From: an uncultured Chroococcidiopsis sp.
GTDB lineage: Bacteria; Cyanobacteriota; Cyanobacteriia; Cyanobacteriales; Chroococcidiopsidaceae
Length of the DNA stretch: 62,037 nucleotides
Assembly: GCA_964248365.1 (NCBI GenBank)
Contig: CAXTYC010000030.1
Span: 1 to 62,037 of the forward strand
Reading direction: 5' to 3'
A program made the translations under genes and the position numbers. This document shows positions 11,640 to 20,563 of this stretch, in pieces. The notes below the pieces were generated by a model. That model did no database searches. It saw nothing but the letters and a program-made list of their open reading frames with translations, and was not told the DNA's origin. The first letter of the stretch is position 1. Each line of letters starts with the position of its first letter.

Positions 11640-13013
11640 GTGGAAGTTCCCTTAGAGAGTCTTTGGAGTCAGGTGCTGGAGCGTCTGCAAGTGCAGCTAA
11701 GTAGACCGACTTTTGAAACCTGGATCAAGACTGCTAGTGCTGAGCAGTTGGAAAATAACTGCTTGGTGATTTCCACCCCTAACCCTTTTGCTCGCAATTG
11801 GTTACAAAAGTACTACATCAAAATTGTGGCTGATGTAGTACACGATATTTTAGGTTATCCGGTAGAAATTCACATTACCGTTGTCAAAGGTGATGAGTCA
11901 TCTGGGAAAGTTGATGCTCAATCCTCTTGGTCAATGCCAGTTACAGCTAGAGCGGAAGTTCCTGACCGTAACCAACCAAAGCCAACACTTCTCAACCCCA
12001 AATATGTGTTTTCTCGATTTGTGGTTGGTTCCAATAGTCGGATGCCTCACGCTGCTGCTTTGGCTGTTGCTGAGTCTCCAGGGCGGGAATTCAATCCTTT
12101 ATTTTTGTGTGGTGGCGTTGGCTTAGGTAAAACTCATCTAATGCAAGCAATTGGTCACTATCGCTTAGAAATTGCTCCTAATTCTCGAATTTTTTATGTT
12201 TCAACTGAGCAATTCACGAATGATCTAATTGCATCAATTCGCAAAGATAGTATGCAAAGCTTTCGGGAACATTACCGAGCTGCCGATATTTTATTAGTGG
12301 ATGATATTCAATTTATTGAAGGCAAGGAAGGTACTCAAGAAGAATTTTTTCACACATTTAATACCTTACATGAAGCAGGTAAGCAAGTTGTCTTAGCCTC
12401 TGACCGTCCGCCTAATCAAATTTCTCGACTGCAAGCTCGTTTGTCTTCCCGATTTTCTATGGGATTGGTCGCTGATATCCAGCCACCAGACTTTGAAACT
12501 AGAATGGCAATTTTGCAGAAAAAAGCAGAGTATGAAAATATGCGCTTACCTGGCGAGGTAATTGAATATATTGCCTCTAACTACACTTCTAATATTAGGG
12601 AATTGGAAGGAGCATTAATCCGAGCTGTTGCATATATCTCCATTTCAGATCTACCCATGACGGTAGGCAATGTTATGCCTGTTTTAAATCCTGCTGGTGA
12701 TCCGGTTGAAGCTTCCGCAGAATCCGTGTTAACGGTTGTAGCGGATGCATTCGGAGTGTCAATTGATGACCTTAAGAGCAACTCACGCCGACGAGAAATT
12801 AGTTGGGCGCGGCAAATCGGTATGTATTTAATGCGTCAGCATACCGCTCTTAGTTTACCAAGAATCGGTGAAGAATTCGGTGGTAAAGATCACACAACTG
12901 TGCTTTACAGCTATGAGAAAATTGCTCAACTTAAGGATAGCGATACTAGCTTAGAACAAAAGCTACGGCAATTGAGCGATCGCATTAATCTAGCCAGCCG
13001 TTCTCAAAACTAA
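11640..13013 (+). CDS. dnaA: Chromosomal replication initiator DnaA
   Basis: [11 protein letters not shown]alker [33 protein letters not shown]. Confidence 0.98.
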   Translation: MEVPLESLWSQVLERLQVQLSRPTFETWIKTASAEQLENNCLVISTPNPFARNWLQKYYIKIVADVVHDILGYPVEIHITVVKGDESSGKVDAQSSWSMPVTARAEVPDRNQPKPTLLNPKYVFSRFVVGSNSRMPHAAALAVAESPGREFNPLFLCGGVGLGKTHLMQAIGHYRLEIAPNSRIFYVSTEQFTNDLIASIRKDSMQSFREHYRAADILLVDDIQFIEGKEGTQEEFFHTFNTLHEAGKQVVLASDRPPNQISRLQARLSSRFSMGLVADIQPPDFETRMAILQKKAEYENMRLPGEVIEYIASNYTSNIRELEGALIRAVAYISISDLPMTVGNVMPVLNPAGDPVEASAESVLTVVADAFGVSIDDLKSNSRRREISWARQIGMYLMRQHTALSLPRIGEEFGGKDHTTVLYSYEKIAQLKDSDTSLEQKLRQLSDRINLASRSQN

Positions 13014-13022
13014 TCTAATCTA

Positions 13023-13055
13023 AAGCTATTAGCTATTAGCTATTAGCTGTTAGCT
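13023..13055 (+). repeat. Heptamer STRR array (AGCTATT)n
   Basis: Tandem AGCTATT/AGCTGTT units just downstream of dnaA. Confidence 0.8.
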
Positions 13056-13109
13056 TTTTGTCTTTGTTTGCAACTCTTGACTCTTGCCTCTTAACTCGTG
13101 GCGACTTGA

Positions 13110-13380
13110 AAGCTTAGAAAAAGTATAAAAAAGTATTAAGATAAGATTGTTTGTGGAAAACTTCTGAATTTTTGTGGAAAAACCTTGAGCAACTTGTGGA
13201 AAACTTTATAATTTGTGTGGAAGACTTAAATTAAGTATAAATACTCTGTGGAAAACGTCAGCATTTTTTCCACAGGTTTTCCACAGCCATACAGATTCGA
13301 GATCGTCATCCAAAAAGGCTGAGGGATTTTTTTCACATTTTCCACAGCCCCTACTACTACTAAGTAAAATTAAACATCTT
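13110..13380. other. oriC: Replication origin oriC
   Basis: In the dnaA-dnaN gap. Perfect TGTGGAAAA at 13152, 13173, 13195, 13247; TTTTCCACA at 13266, 13277, 13338; one-mismatch boxes at 13216 and 13329; GCCC followed by (CTA)4 DnaA-trios at 13351-13362; AT-rich flanks. Confidence 0.93.
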
Positions 13381-13541
13381 TAAGTCGTAGTTGGTTGGGT
13401 AAAGCTTGTGTCAATGGAACTGCAACTACACCAACAGGGGTGTTACCATGTCTTAGCTGGCTGATTCAATCCAAAAGGCGATCGCCAAGAGGTAACACAA
13501 TCACCAGATCTGATTACTCGCTAATACCTCCTTACACTTGA

Positions 13542-14678
13542 ATGAAGTTAGTTTGTACCCAAAGTGACCTTAGTACGAACATGACCTTAGTAAGTCGTGC
13601 AGTACCTTCACGTCCGACTCATCCAGTACTAGCTAACGTACTATTGCAGGCTGATGCAGAAAAAGGAAGAGTAAGCTTGACAGCCTTTGATCTTAGCTTG
13701 GGCATTCGCACTACCTTCCCAGCTGAAGTAGAAACAGGGGGGGCAATAACTTTGCCTGCCAAGTTATTGAACGATATTGTAGCAAGGCTGCCACAAGGAG
13801 AAATCACGCTAGAGGATGAAGCGAAGAGCGCGCCTTTTTGTGCCACTATTACCTCTACTTGCGGACGCTATCAAGTTCATGGTATGGGGGTAGAAGACTT
13901 TCCCGAATTACCAGTTGTAGAAAGCGAAGCAGTCTATCTACAAGCAGAATCATTACTTGAAGGCATAAAGGGTTCATTGCTTGCTGCTAGTGTGGAAGAA
14001 ACAAAGCAGATTTTGTCAGGAGTACATTTCACAGTTTCTCAAGACACTTTAGAATTTGCCGCTACTGATGGTCATCGTTTAGCCGTCGTACAAACAGCAA
14101 ACGATAATTTAGATGAGGAATTACCCGAACTAGAGGTAACAATACCAGCTAGAGCAATGCGTGAACTAGAGCGAATGCTGGGAATGCGCAATTCTAGCGA
14201 ATCACTCACTCTCAATGTTGACCGAGGTCAAATTGTTTTTGAATGGGCAGACGGGCGTTTAACTAGTCGTACCCTAGAAGGGCAGTATCCAGCTTATCGT
14301 CAGCTTATTCCGCGTCAATTTGAGCGACAAGTTACACTAGATCGTCGGCAGCTACTAAGTGCTTTAGAAAGAATTGCTGTATTAGCTGACCAAAAAAATA
14401 ATATTGTTAAGTTTACCATTGATAGCAATAATCAAGAATTAGCCTTATCTGTCAACGCTCAAGATGTTGGTAATGGTAGAGAATTACTCTCAGCACAAAT
14501 TTCGGGAGAAAGCCTAGATATTGCTTTTAACATCAAGTATTTGATGGAGGGAATAAAAGCTGTTGGGACTTCTGATATTCAAATACAGTTAAATACAGCA
14601 TTAAGCCCAGTGATTTTGACACCACTGGGCGGGTTGAAAATGACGTATTTAATTATGCCTGTGCAGATTAGGGGCTAG
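13542..14678 (+). CDS. dnaN: DNA polymerase III beta clamp
   Basis: 378 aa; ATDGHRL, EGQYP, AFNIKYL, C-terminal YLIMPVQIR; downstream of dnaA. Confidence 0.97.
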   Translation: MKLVCTQSDLSTNMTLVSRAVPSRPTHPVLANVLLQADAEKGRVSLTAFDLSLGIRTTFPAEVETGGAITLPAKLLNDIVARLPQGEITLEDEAKSAPFCATITSTCGRYQVHGMGVEDFPELPVVESEAVYLQAESLLEGIKGSLLAASVEETKQILSGVHFTVSQDTLEFAATDGHRLAVVQTANDNLDEELPELEVTIPARAMRELERMLGMRNSSESLTLNVDRGQIVFEWADGRLTSRTLEGQYPAYRQLIPRQFERQVTLDRRQLLSALERIAVLADQKNNIVKFTIDSNNQELALSVNAQDVGNGRELLSAQISGESLDIAFNIKYLMEGIKAVGTSDIQIQLNTALSPVILTPLGGLKMTYLIMPVQIRG

Positions 14679-14698
14679 AGGCTGGGGGCTAGGGGCTA

Positions 14699-14774
14699 GT
14701 AGGTGGGCAATGCCCACCTTTAAATTCTTGTGGTGGACAATGCCCACCCTACTTCAAACTTTTGCCCACCTTAC
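14699..14774. repeat. GTAG-type REP-like palindromes GGTGGGCAATGCCCACC
   Basis: Two to three copies between convergent dnaN and the ArsA/GET3 gene; same family at 3818, 3860, 31448, 42913 and 45067. Confidence 0.8.
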
Positions 14775-15952
14775 GTTATATTTGCAAAGCGAATTTTTAG
14801 ATAATCTTCCTCCATTTTTGCCCCAGATGGTTGTAAGGCGGCTAAAGCTTGCGGTAAGACTAAATTACGGCGATGATTGCCAATTGTGATATTTAATTCG
14901 TCACCAGTTTTACTCAAATGTACTTGATCTTTGGGAATACCAGGCAAGTAAAGTTCTAAGCTGTACTGATTTTTCTCTTGTACTACTCTAAGTGTTGTTT
15001 CTTTGTAATAAACTTGGGTTGGATCTTCATCTTTATAAAGTGTTTCTTTCAGCCGTTCTAAAGCTGGCAAGCCACACATTTCTTCAGAGTACAGAGGAAC
15101 TTCTTTCACAGGCAAAGGACGGAAGTTTTCATGAATTTCTTGGCGGTACTGCTGTTGATTTTCTTTCCATCTTTGAAAGAAAGGATCGGTTACTTGACTG
15201 GGAATAATACGATTGGCTACAATCAAATCTGTTGCAACATTGTACAAGCTCAAATAAGCATGAGCGCGGAGAGATTCTTTAATCACCATTTTTTCAGGAT
15301 TGGTGACTAAGCGCACAGAAGTTTTAGTATTATCGGTTAATACTTTTTCGAGAGCTTCAATTTGCTCATAAAATTCATAGGGAGCATCCATTACCTCTCT
15401 ATCTGGTAGGGAAAAACCTGCAATGGGTCTAAATATCGGTTCTACTAATGGTCTTAGTGCAACTGACATTTTTTGCAGTGGTTTGTAGAAGCGACGCATA
15501 TACCAACCACTGACTTCGGGTAAGCTTAGCAACCGTAAAGCTGTACCAGTCGGCGCTGAATCAATAATTAGAACGTCAAAATCACCTTCATCGTAGTGGC
15601 GTTTCATCCTTACCAGACCGAAAATTTCATCCATGCCTGGTAGAATTGCTAATTCTTCTGCTTGAACGCCATCAAGTCCACGCGCTTGTAATACTTGGGT
15701 GATGTAGCGCTTGACTGCTCCCCAGTTACCCTCCAATTCTAATAGCGCGTCTAATTCGGCTCCCCAGAGGTTTGGGCGTACTTGTCGGGGTTCATGACCT
15801 AATTCTAAGTCAAAGCTATCTGCTAAGGAGTGAGCAGGATCAGTACTCAGGACGAGCGTCCGATAGCCTAGTTCAGCGCAACGCAGTCCGGTAGCAGCCG
15901 CAACAGAAGTTTTTCCGACTCCTCCTTTACCAGTCATGAGGATGAGGCGCAT
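14771..15952 (-). CDS. ArsA/GET3(TRC40)-family ATPase with C-terminal alpha-crystallin-like domain
   Basis: GKGGVGKT P-loop, [14 protein letters not shown]; single ATPase domain plus ~80 aa beta-rich tail (LELYLPG...ITIGNHRR). Confidence 0.9.
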   Translation of the reverse strand: MRLILMTGKGGVGKTSVAAATGLRCAELGYRTLVLSTDPAHSLADSFDLELGHEPRQVRPNLWGAELDALLELEGNWGAVKRYITQVLQARGLDGVQAEELAILPGMDEIFGLVRMKRHYDEGDFDVLIIDSAPTGTALRLLSLPEVSGWYMRRFYKPLQKMSVALRPLVEPIFRPIAGFSLPDREVMDAPYEFYEQIEALEKVLTDNTKTSVRLVTNPEKMVIKESLRAHAYLSLYNVATDLIVANRIIPSQVTDPFFQRWKENQQQYRQEIHENFRPLPVKEVPLYSEEMCGLPALERLKETLYKDEDPTQVYYKETTLRVVQEKNQYSLELYLPGIPKDQVHLSKTGDELNITIGNHRRNLVLPQALAALQPSGAKMEEDYLKIRFANIT

Positions 15953-16034
15953 GGATATTTCGTCCTTTGATGAGAAATTTTTATGTTTCTTTACTTTATC
16001 AAGTCTATTGATTAGAGGAGGATGTCTTTATTTT

Positions 16035-16079
16035 AACGAACCGCAAAGACGCAAAGAACGCAGAGGAAAGAAAGAGAGG
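16035..16079 (+). repeat. Small dispersed repeat AACGAACCGC(A.AG.CGC)n
   Basis: Related copies at 1148-1175 (degenerate) and, inverted, inside lnt at 40858-40896. Confidence 0.7.
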
Positions 16080-16146
16080 ATGAGATAATTTTGCACGGGC
16101 TGTTATATATATAAGCTATGAAAAAGAATCCTAACTGTAAGGGCTA

Positions 16147-16785
16147 ATGAATCAAGTTAATCTATGGTCTTCTGCCGATCATGCATTATGGTATCTTGCA
16201 AAAGCAGATAAAATTCCTCATCGCACTGAGGGTGAAGGGGTGCTGCTAGAACAAGTCCCGAAAAGTGTGAAGCGTGTTCTTGATTTGGGAACTGGTGATG
16301 GTAGGTTGCTGAGTTTGGTGAAGATAGAGCGTCCCCAGGTTGAAAGTGTGGCAATTGATTTTTCACCAACAATGCTGGAAGCGGCAAAAACACGCTTTAC
16401 AGGGGATGCATCGGTAGAATTGATTGCTCACAATTTGGATGAACCACTACCTAATATAGGTTCTTTTGATGCTGTGGTTTCTAGTTTTGCTATACATCAT
16501 CTAACACATGAACGCAAGCGATCGCTCTACACTGAAATCTTCGCTCTCCTAGAACCAGGCGGAATATTCTGCAATTTGGAACACGTCGCCTCATCTACGA
16601 CCGCCCTGCATGAACGCTTTCGACAGGCGCTTGGTATTGGTGATGAACCAGAAGATCCATCGAATAAACTTTTAGATGTGGAAACTCAACTGATTTGGCT
16701 AAGGGAAATTGGTTTTACTGATGTGGATTGTTACTGGAAATGGCTAGAACTTGCATTGCTAGTAGGGGTTAAGCCTGAAATTTAG
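16147..16785 (+). CDS. Class I SAM-dependent methyltransferase
   Basis: VLDLGTGDG motif I, IDFSPTML, FDAVVSSFAIHHL, LEPGG. Confidence 0.92.
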   Translation: MNQVNLWSSADHALWYLAKADKIPHRTEGEGVLLEQVPKSVKRVLDLGTGDGRLLSLVKIERPQVESVAIDFSPTMLEAAKTRFTGDASVELIAHNLDEPLPNIGSFDAVVSSFAIHHLTHERKRSLYTEIFALLEPGGIFCNLEHVASSTTALHERFRQALGIGDEPEDPSNKLLDVETQLIWLREIGFTDVDCYWKWLELALLVGVKPEI

Positions 16786-16831
16786 GTGTGTGTTAAAGTT
16801 TCTAGGAATAGCCGAGTTGGAATGTTCTAAC

Positions 16832-18448
16832 ATGAACTTAATCTGGCTGTTACTGCGGGCTTCTTGGTTAAATGTAGCGATCGCTGTCTTGACAGGCTTG
16901 ATTAGCGGTGGTTGTAGTGCCAGATTGATTGGTTTGATTAATACTGCAATCACTGGTAAATCAACCGATAACCTGGTGTGGAACTTTGTTGGATTGGGAA
17001 TAGTTGTTTTCTTCAATACTATTATCTCCCAATTTTTTTTAATCGAACTTGCTCAGGAAGCTGTTTATAATTTGCGGTTATGCTTGAGCGGAGCTATTTT
17101 ATTCTCTCCCTTGCGCCATTTGGAGGAACTGGGGGCTAACCGTCTGATGGCAATTTTGACAGAGGATGTGCAGACACTCTCTGGCGCAGTATTCATGATG
17201 CCAACTATTTGTATTGACATCGCTATCATTTTGGGATGCTTGGTTTACCTTAGTTGGCTGTCTGCGGTGGTGTTTGTCGTATTTATAGTGTTTTTAGTGT
17301 TGGCGATCGCTAGTGTTCAATTCCTCCTCAATAAAGCCAGAAGCTTTCTTTTTCTCGCCCGTGAGGAAGAAGATCGGTTATTTAAGCACTTTCGCACTAT
17401 CACTGATGGCATTAAGGAACTCAAAGTGCACTCTCAACGCCGTGAGCAATTTGCTAGCGAACAATTGCAAGTAAGTGCTGCTGCATCCCGCCAGTATAAT
17501 GTTGCAGCTTTGAAAACTTTTGCGATCGGTGACGGATGGGGACAAATGCTATTTTTCACCACCGTCGGTTTCCTGCTGTTTGTTCTACCCCGACTCGTTT
17601 TTGTCGCGTCTTCAGTGCTGTCTGCCTATATTTTAACCATAGCCTATTTATTGACTCCACTGCGGAATATCTTGGTCAGGCTGCCGCCGTTCTTCAAAGC
17701 TAATGTTTCCCTACAAAAAATAGAAAGCATGAGATTAGCTTTAGCTAGTCAGCAAGAAGAAACGAGCATAGGAAGCTCCTACGCCTCCCATAACTGGAAA
17801 ATCTTGGAACTGATTCAAGTTACCCATACCTATCGAGGCGAACAAGAAGATAATAGCTTTGTTTTGGGCGCATTATATCTAACGTTTCATCCTGGTGAAC
17901 TGGTATTTATTGTCGGTGGTAACGGTAGTGGTAAGTCAACTTTAGCAAAACTGATTACAGGCTTGTACATTCCCGAAACAGGGGAAATTAGATTAGATGG
18001 CAAGCTAATTACTGACGAAAACAGAGAATGGTATCGTCAACATTTCTCAGTTGTTTTTTCTGACTTCTATCTATTTGATCGCTTTATAGGTATGGGAGAT
18101 TCTGAACTCGATACCAAAGCACAAGATTATTTACGAAAATTACATTTGGATCACAAAGTTCAAGTTGAAAACGGTATCTTGTCTACCACAGCATTATCTC
18201 AAGGACAGCGGAAGCGTCTTGCTTTGTTGACAGTTTATTTAGAAAATCGTCCAATATATTTATTCGACGAATGGGCATCCGAGCAAGATCCTTTTTTCAG
18301 AGATATTTTTTACAATCAAATACTGATAAATCTCAAACAACAAGGCAAAGCAGTATTAGTAATCAGCCATGACGATCGCTACTTTCATTTAGGCGATCAA
18401 ATCATCAAACTAGATTACGGCAAAGTTGAATATGATAGACCGAATTAA
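16832..18448 (+). CDS. Cyclic-peptide export ABC transporter (PvdE/SyrD/YojI family), fused permease and ATPase
   Basis: TM domain with GIKELK; GGNGSGKST; VFSDFYLF; LSQGQRKRLAL; FDEWASEQDP; ISHDD. ATG at 16832. Confidence 0.92.
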   Translation: MNLIWLLLRASWLNVAIAVLTGLISGGCSARLIGLINTAITGKSTDNLVWNFVGLGIVVFFNTIISQFFLIELAQEAVYNLRLCLSGAILFSPLRHLEELGANRLMAILTEDVQTLSGAVFMMPTICIDIAIILGCLVYLSWLSAVVFVVFIVFLVLAIASVQFLLNKARSFLFLAREEEDRLFKHFRTITDGIKELKVHSQRREQFASEQLQVSAAASRQYNVAALKTFAIGDGWGQMLFFTTVGFLLFVLPRLVFVASSVLSAYILTIAYLLTPLRNILVRLPPFFKANVSLQKIESMRLALASQQEETSIGSSYASHNWKILELIQVTHTYRGEQEDNSFVLGALYLTFHPGELVFIVGGNGSGKSTLAKLITGLYIPETGEIRLDGKLITDENREWYRQHFSVVFSDFYLFDRFIGMGDSELDTKAQDYLRKLHLDHKVQVENGILSTTALSQGQRKRLALLTVYLENRPIYLFDEWASEQDPFFRDIFYNQILINLKQQGKAVLVISHDDRYFHLGDQIIKLDYGKVEYDRPN

Positions 18449-18493
18449 AATATAAAGGCGAGGTAGTAACTCATTTTTCGAGAACAAATCAAT

Positions 18494-18850
18494 ATGAAAA
18501 ATTTAGCACCACATCTAGTTAGACAAAGATTGTTAATCGAAGGATTTTACAAAATCCTTGTAAATGAAAAAGTACTTAAAGACTATTTTACAGAAATTAC
18601 AAAAGCATTGCAACTAAGAATGTATGGAGAACCAATAGTATTCTCACCTGAAGGTTTAGGGAAAAAAGATAATCAAGGATATGATGCTTTTGTCCCATTG
18701 ATTGATTCTGGTATTTCTCTATATATTTGGTCTAATGATCATTTTTTATCTGCTGTAATATATACTTGCAAAGGATTTGATGAAAACACAGCAATAAAAG
18801 TAACACAGAAGTTTTTTCAAATTGATGAGATTGAATTTGAACCATTTTAA
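18494..18850 (+). CDS. Divergent S-adenosylmethionine decarboxylase (SpeD/AdoMetDC)-fold protein
   Basis: 118 aa; GYDAFVPLIDSGISLYIW...AVIYTCKGFD aligns with the prokaryotic AdoMetDC pattern G.S...l.ESH.s.H.W....D.(F/Y)TC. Confidence 0.65.
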   Translation: MKNLAPHLVRQRLLIEGFYKILVNEKVLKDYFTEITKALQLRMYGEPIVFSPEGLGKKDNQGYDAFVPLIDSGISLYIWSNDHFLSAVIYTCKGFDENTAIKVTQKFFQIDEIEFEPF

Positions 18851-18947
18851 TATTTCCTCTGGTTGCTGCTTATTTCTAAATCTGATGAAGTACTTTTAAA
18901 AATAATGTCTAGCAAAAAGTCATTTTGTTTTACCCACAACTAATATT

Positions 18948-19586
18948 ATGCTTACCCAAACTACTGTCCAATTAGAGCAGAAAGTTCAGCTATCTGGTAT
19001 CAGTTGGCAAACTTATGAAACTTTGTTGAAGGAATTGAGGCATCGCCGACTCCGCCTTACATACAATCGTGGTAATCTTGAAATCATGGTTCCCTCACCT
19101 GAGCATGAACGTTATAAAGAAATAATCGGTCGATTTGTCGAAACCTTAGCCGAGGAATTAGAAATTAGGATCGATCCGGTTGGTTCAACTACTTTCAAGC
19201 GTCCTGAACTTGTTGGAGCAGAACCCGATAAAAGTTTTTATATCCGAAATCTAGACGCTGTTAAAGGTAAAAAGAGAATCGATCTCGCTCAAGATCCGCC
19301 ACCGGATTTGGTTGTAGAAATAGATATTACCAGTAGTTCTGAGATTCGTTTTCCTGTTTATGCAGATATGGGAGTCCCAGAAATTTGGCGTTATGATGGC
19401 AATTCCTTCACAGTTTATCAACTACAAGCTCAAGAATACATCCCTTGTGAGGAAAGTTTAGCATTTCCCAATCTACCAATTATCGAGATTTCCACTTTTC
19501 TACAACAAGCAATGACGATGGATTATTTAGAGTTAATCAAATCCTTTCGTCGCTGGGTTAAAAGCCAAATTCAGGAAAATAAATGA
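18948..19586 (+). CDS. Uma2-family (DUF820) putative endonuclease
   Basis: ISWQTYE, LEIMVPSPEHE, EPD, PPPDLVVEID, GVPEIW. Confidence 0.93.
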   Translation: MLTQTTVQLEQKVQLSGISWQTYETLLKELRHRRLRLTYNRGNLEIMVPSPEHERYKEIIGRFVETLAEELEIRIDPVGSTTFKRPELVGAEPDKSFYIRNLDAVKGKKRIDLAQDPPPDLVVEIDITSSSEIRFPVYADMGVPEIWRYDGNSFTVYQLQAQEYIPCEESLAFPNLPIIEISTFLQQAMTMDYLELIKSFRRWVKSQIQENK

Positions 19587-19611
19587 ATTAAAGCATGAAA
19601 TGAATGTTTAG

Positions 19612-20094
19612 TCAAGCATTAATTGAGAGAAAAGGAATATTTTCAGCGAGTGTATCTTTAACTATCATCCCTCGTTCTCTTGCCCAAAACTCACTTAAAA
19701 AGTGAATTTGTCTCAAACCCACAATTAAATTTAATCCAGGTACAAAAATCCACCAAACTACCAAAGGTTCTTTCATTCCTGCTTGACGGTACAGTGTATT
19801 TACAGTCCGGTAAAGCTTGAACTGCACAATATAAATCCAGACAATACCTAGTAACGAAAACCAGCCAAACCAACCAGGAACATCAGGATCAAATATTCGC
19901 AAAGCTTGGGGTATTGCTATTCCCAATACAAAAGGAGCTAAGCACAAGGTTCCAGACCATCCAAAACCATTGTAACGGCGTAACTCTTCTTGAATTATCC
20001 ACTTGTACCAGCCGTAGTAAAGCATCAAACTGGCTACAGACAATAAAATTACGCGCCACAAAGGACGGGGTTTACCCAAAGGTTGAGCGAACAT
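19612..20094 (-). CDS. Membrane protein of unknown function (DUF4234-like)
   Basis: 160 aa with about four hydrophobic segments; R.l...ILLS....LY..YW-type N-terminus. Confidence 0.65.
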   Translation of the reverse strand: MFAQPLGKPRPLWRVILLSVASLMLYYGWYKWIIQEELRRYNGFGWSGTLCLAPFVLGIAIPQALRIFDPDVPGWFGWFSLLGIVWIYIVQFKLYRTVNTLYRQAGMKEPLVVWWIFVPGLNLIVGLRQIHFLSEFWARERGMIVKDTLAENIPFLSINA

Positions 20095-20563
20095 ATTACA
20101 GCTTGAGGTATCTAATAGGTTTTCTCTATTTTATTTACATTCCTTAATATTTAACATATATCTGTGGATTTCATTTTAGCTGACCGTCCTTATTGATCGT
20201 GCCAAGAACGACGCGATCGCAAAGGCTGATTTTATAACACAGTAAAACTACTTAAATAATTTGCTCTAAGTGTAAAGTTGCAGCCAATTCTTCGATGAAA
20301 TTAAGCTTGAACGCACATGAGAGTAATGTAGAGCGTTCTGAATTGAACCATTAGATGCAAGCTTAAACAGCATTTTCAAATTTTCAATCCAGACAACCAG
20401 AAGTGTTGAGTATATTTATGAAAACTATAAATTATTGATATCAATCTAAAAAAAAATTTGCAAATAAAGTTGTAGTTAAATATTAAAATACATGGTTAGC
20501 TTGCATAACTATCAATGCTGATGCTTGCAGTCAAATTAAAGTTTTAGTGTGTGAGGACTGACT

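Noticed and set aside
13152..13346. Regularly spaced TGTGGAAAA repeats that could look like a CRISPR or iteron array
   Set aside because: Units are 9 bp, switch orientation and lie between dnaA and dnaN; they are DnaA boxes.
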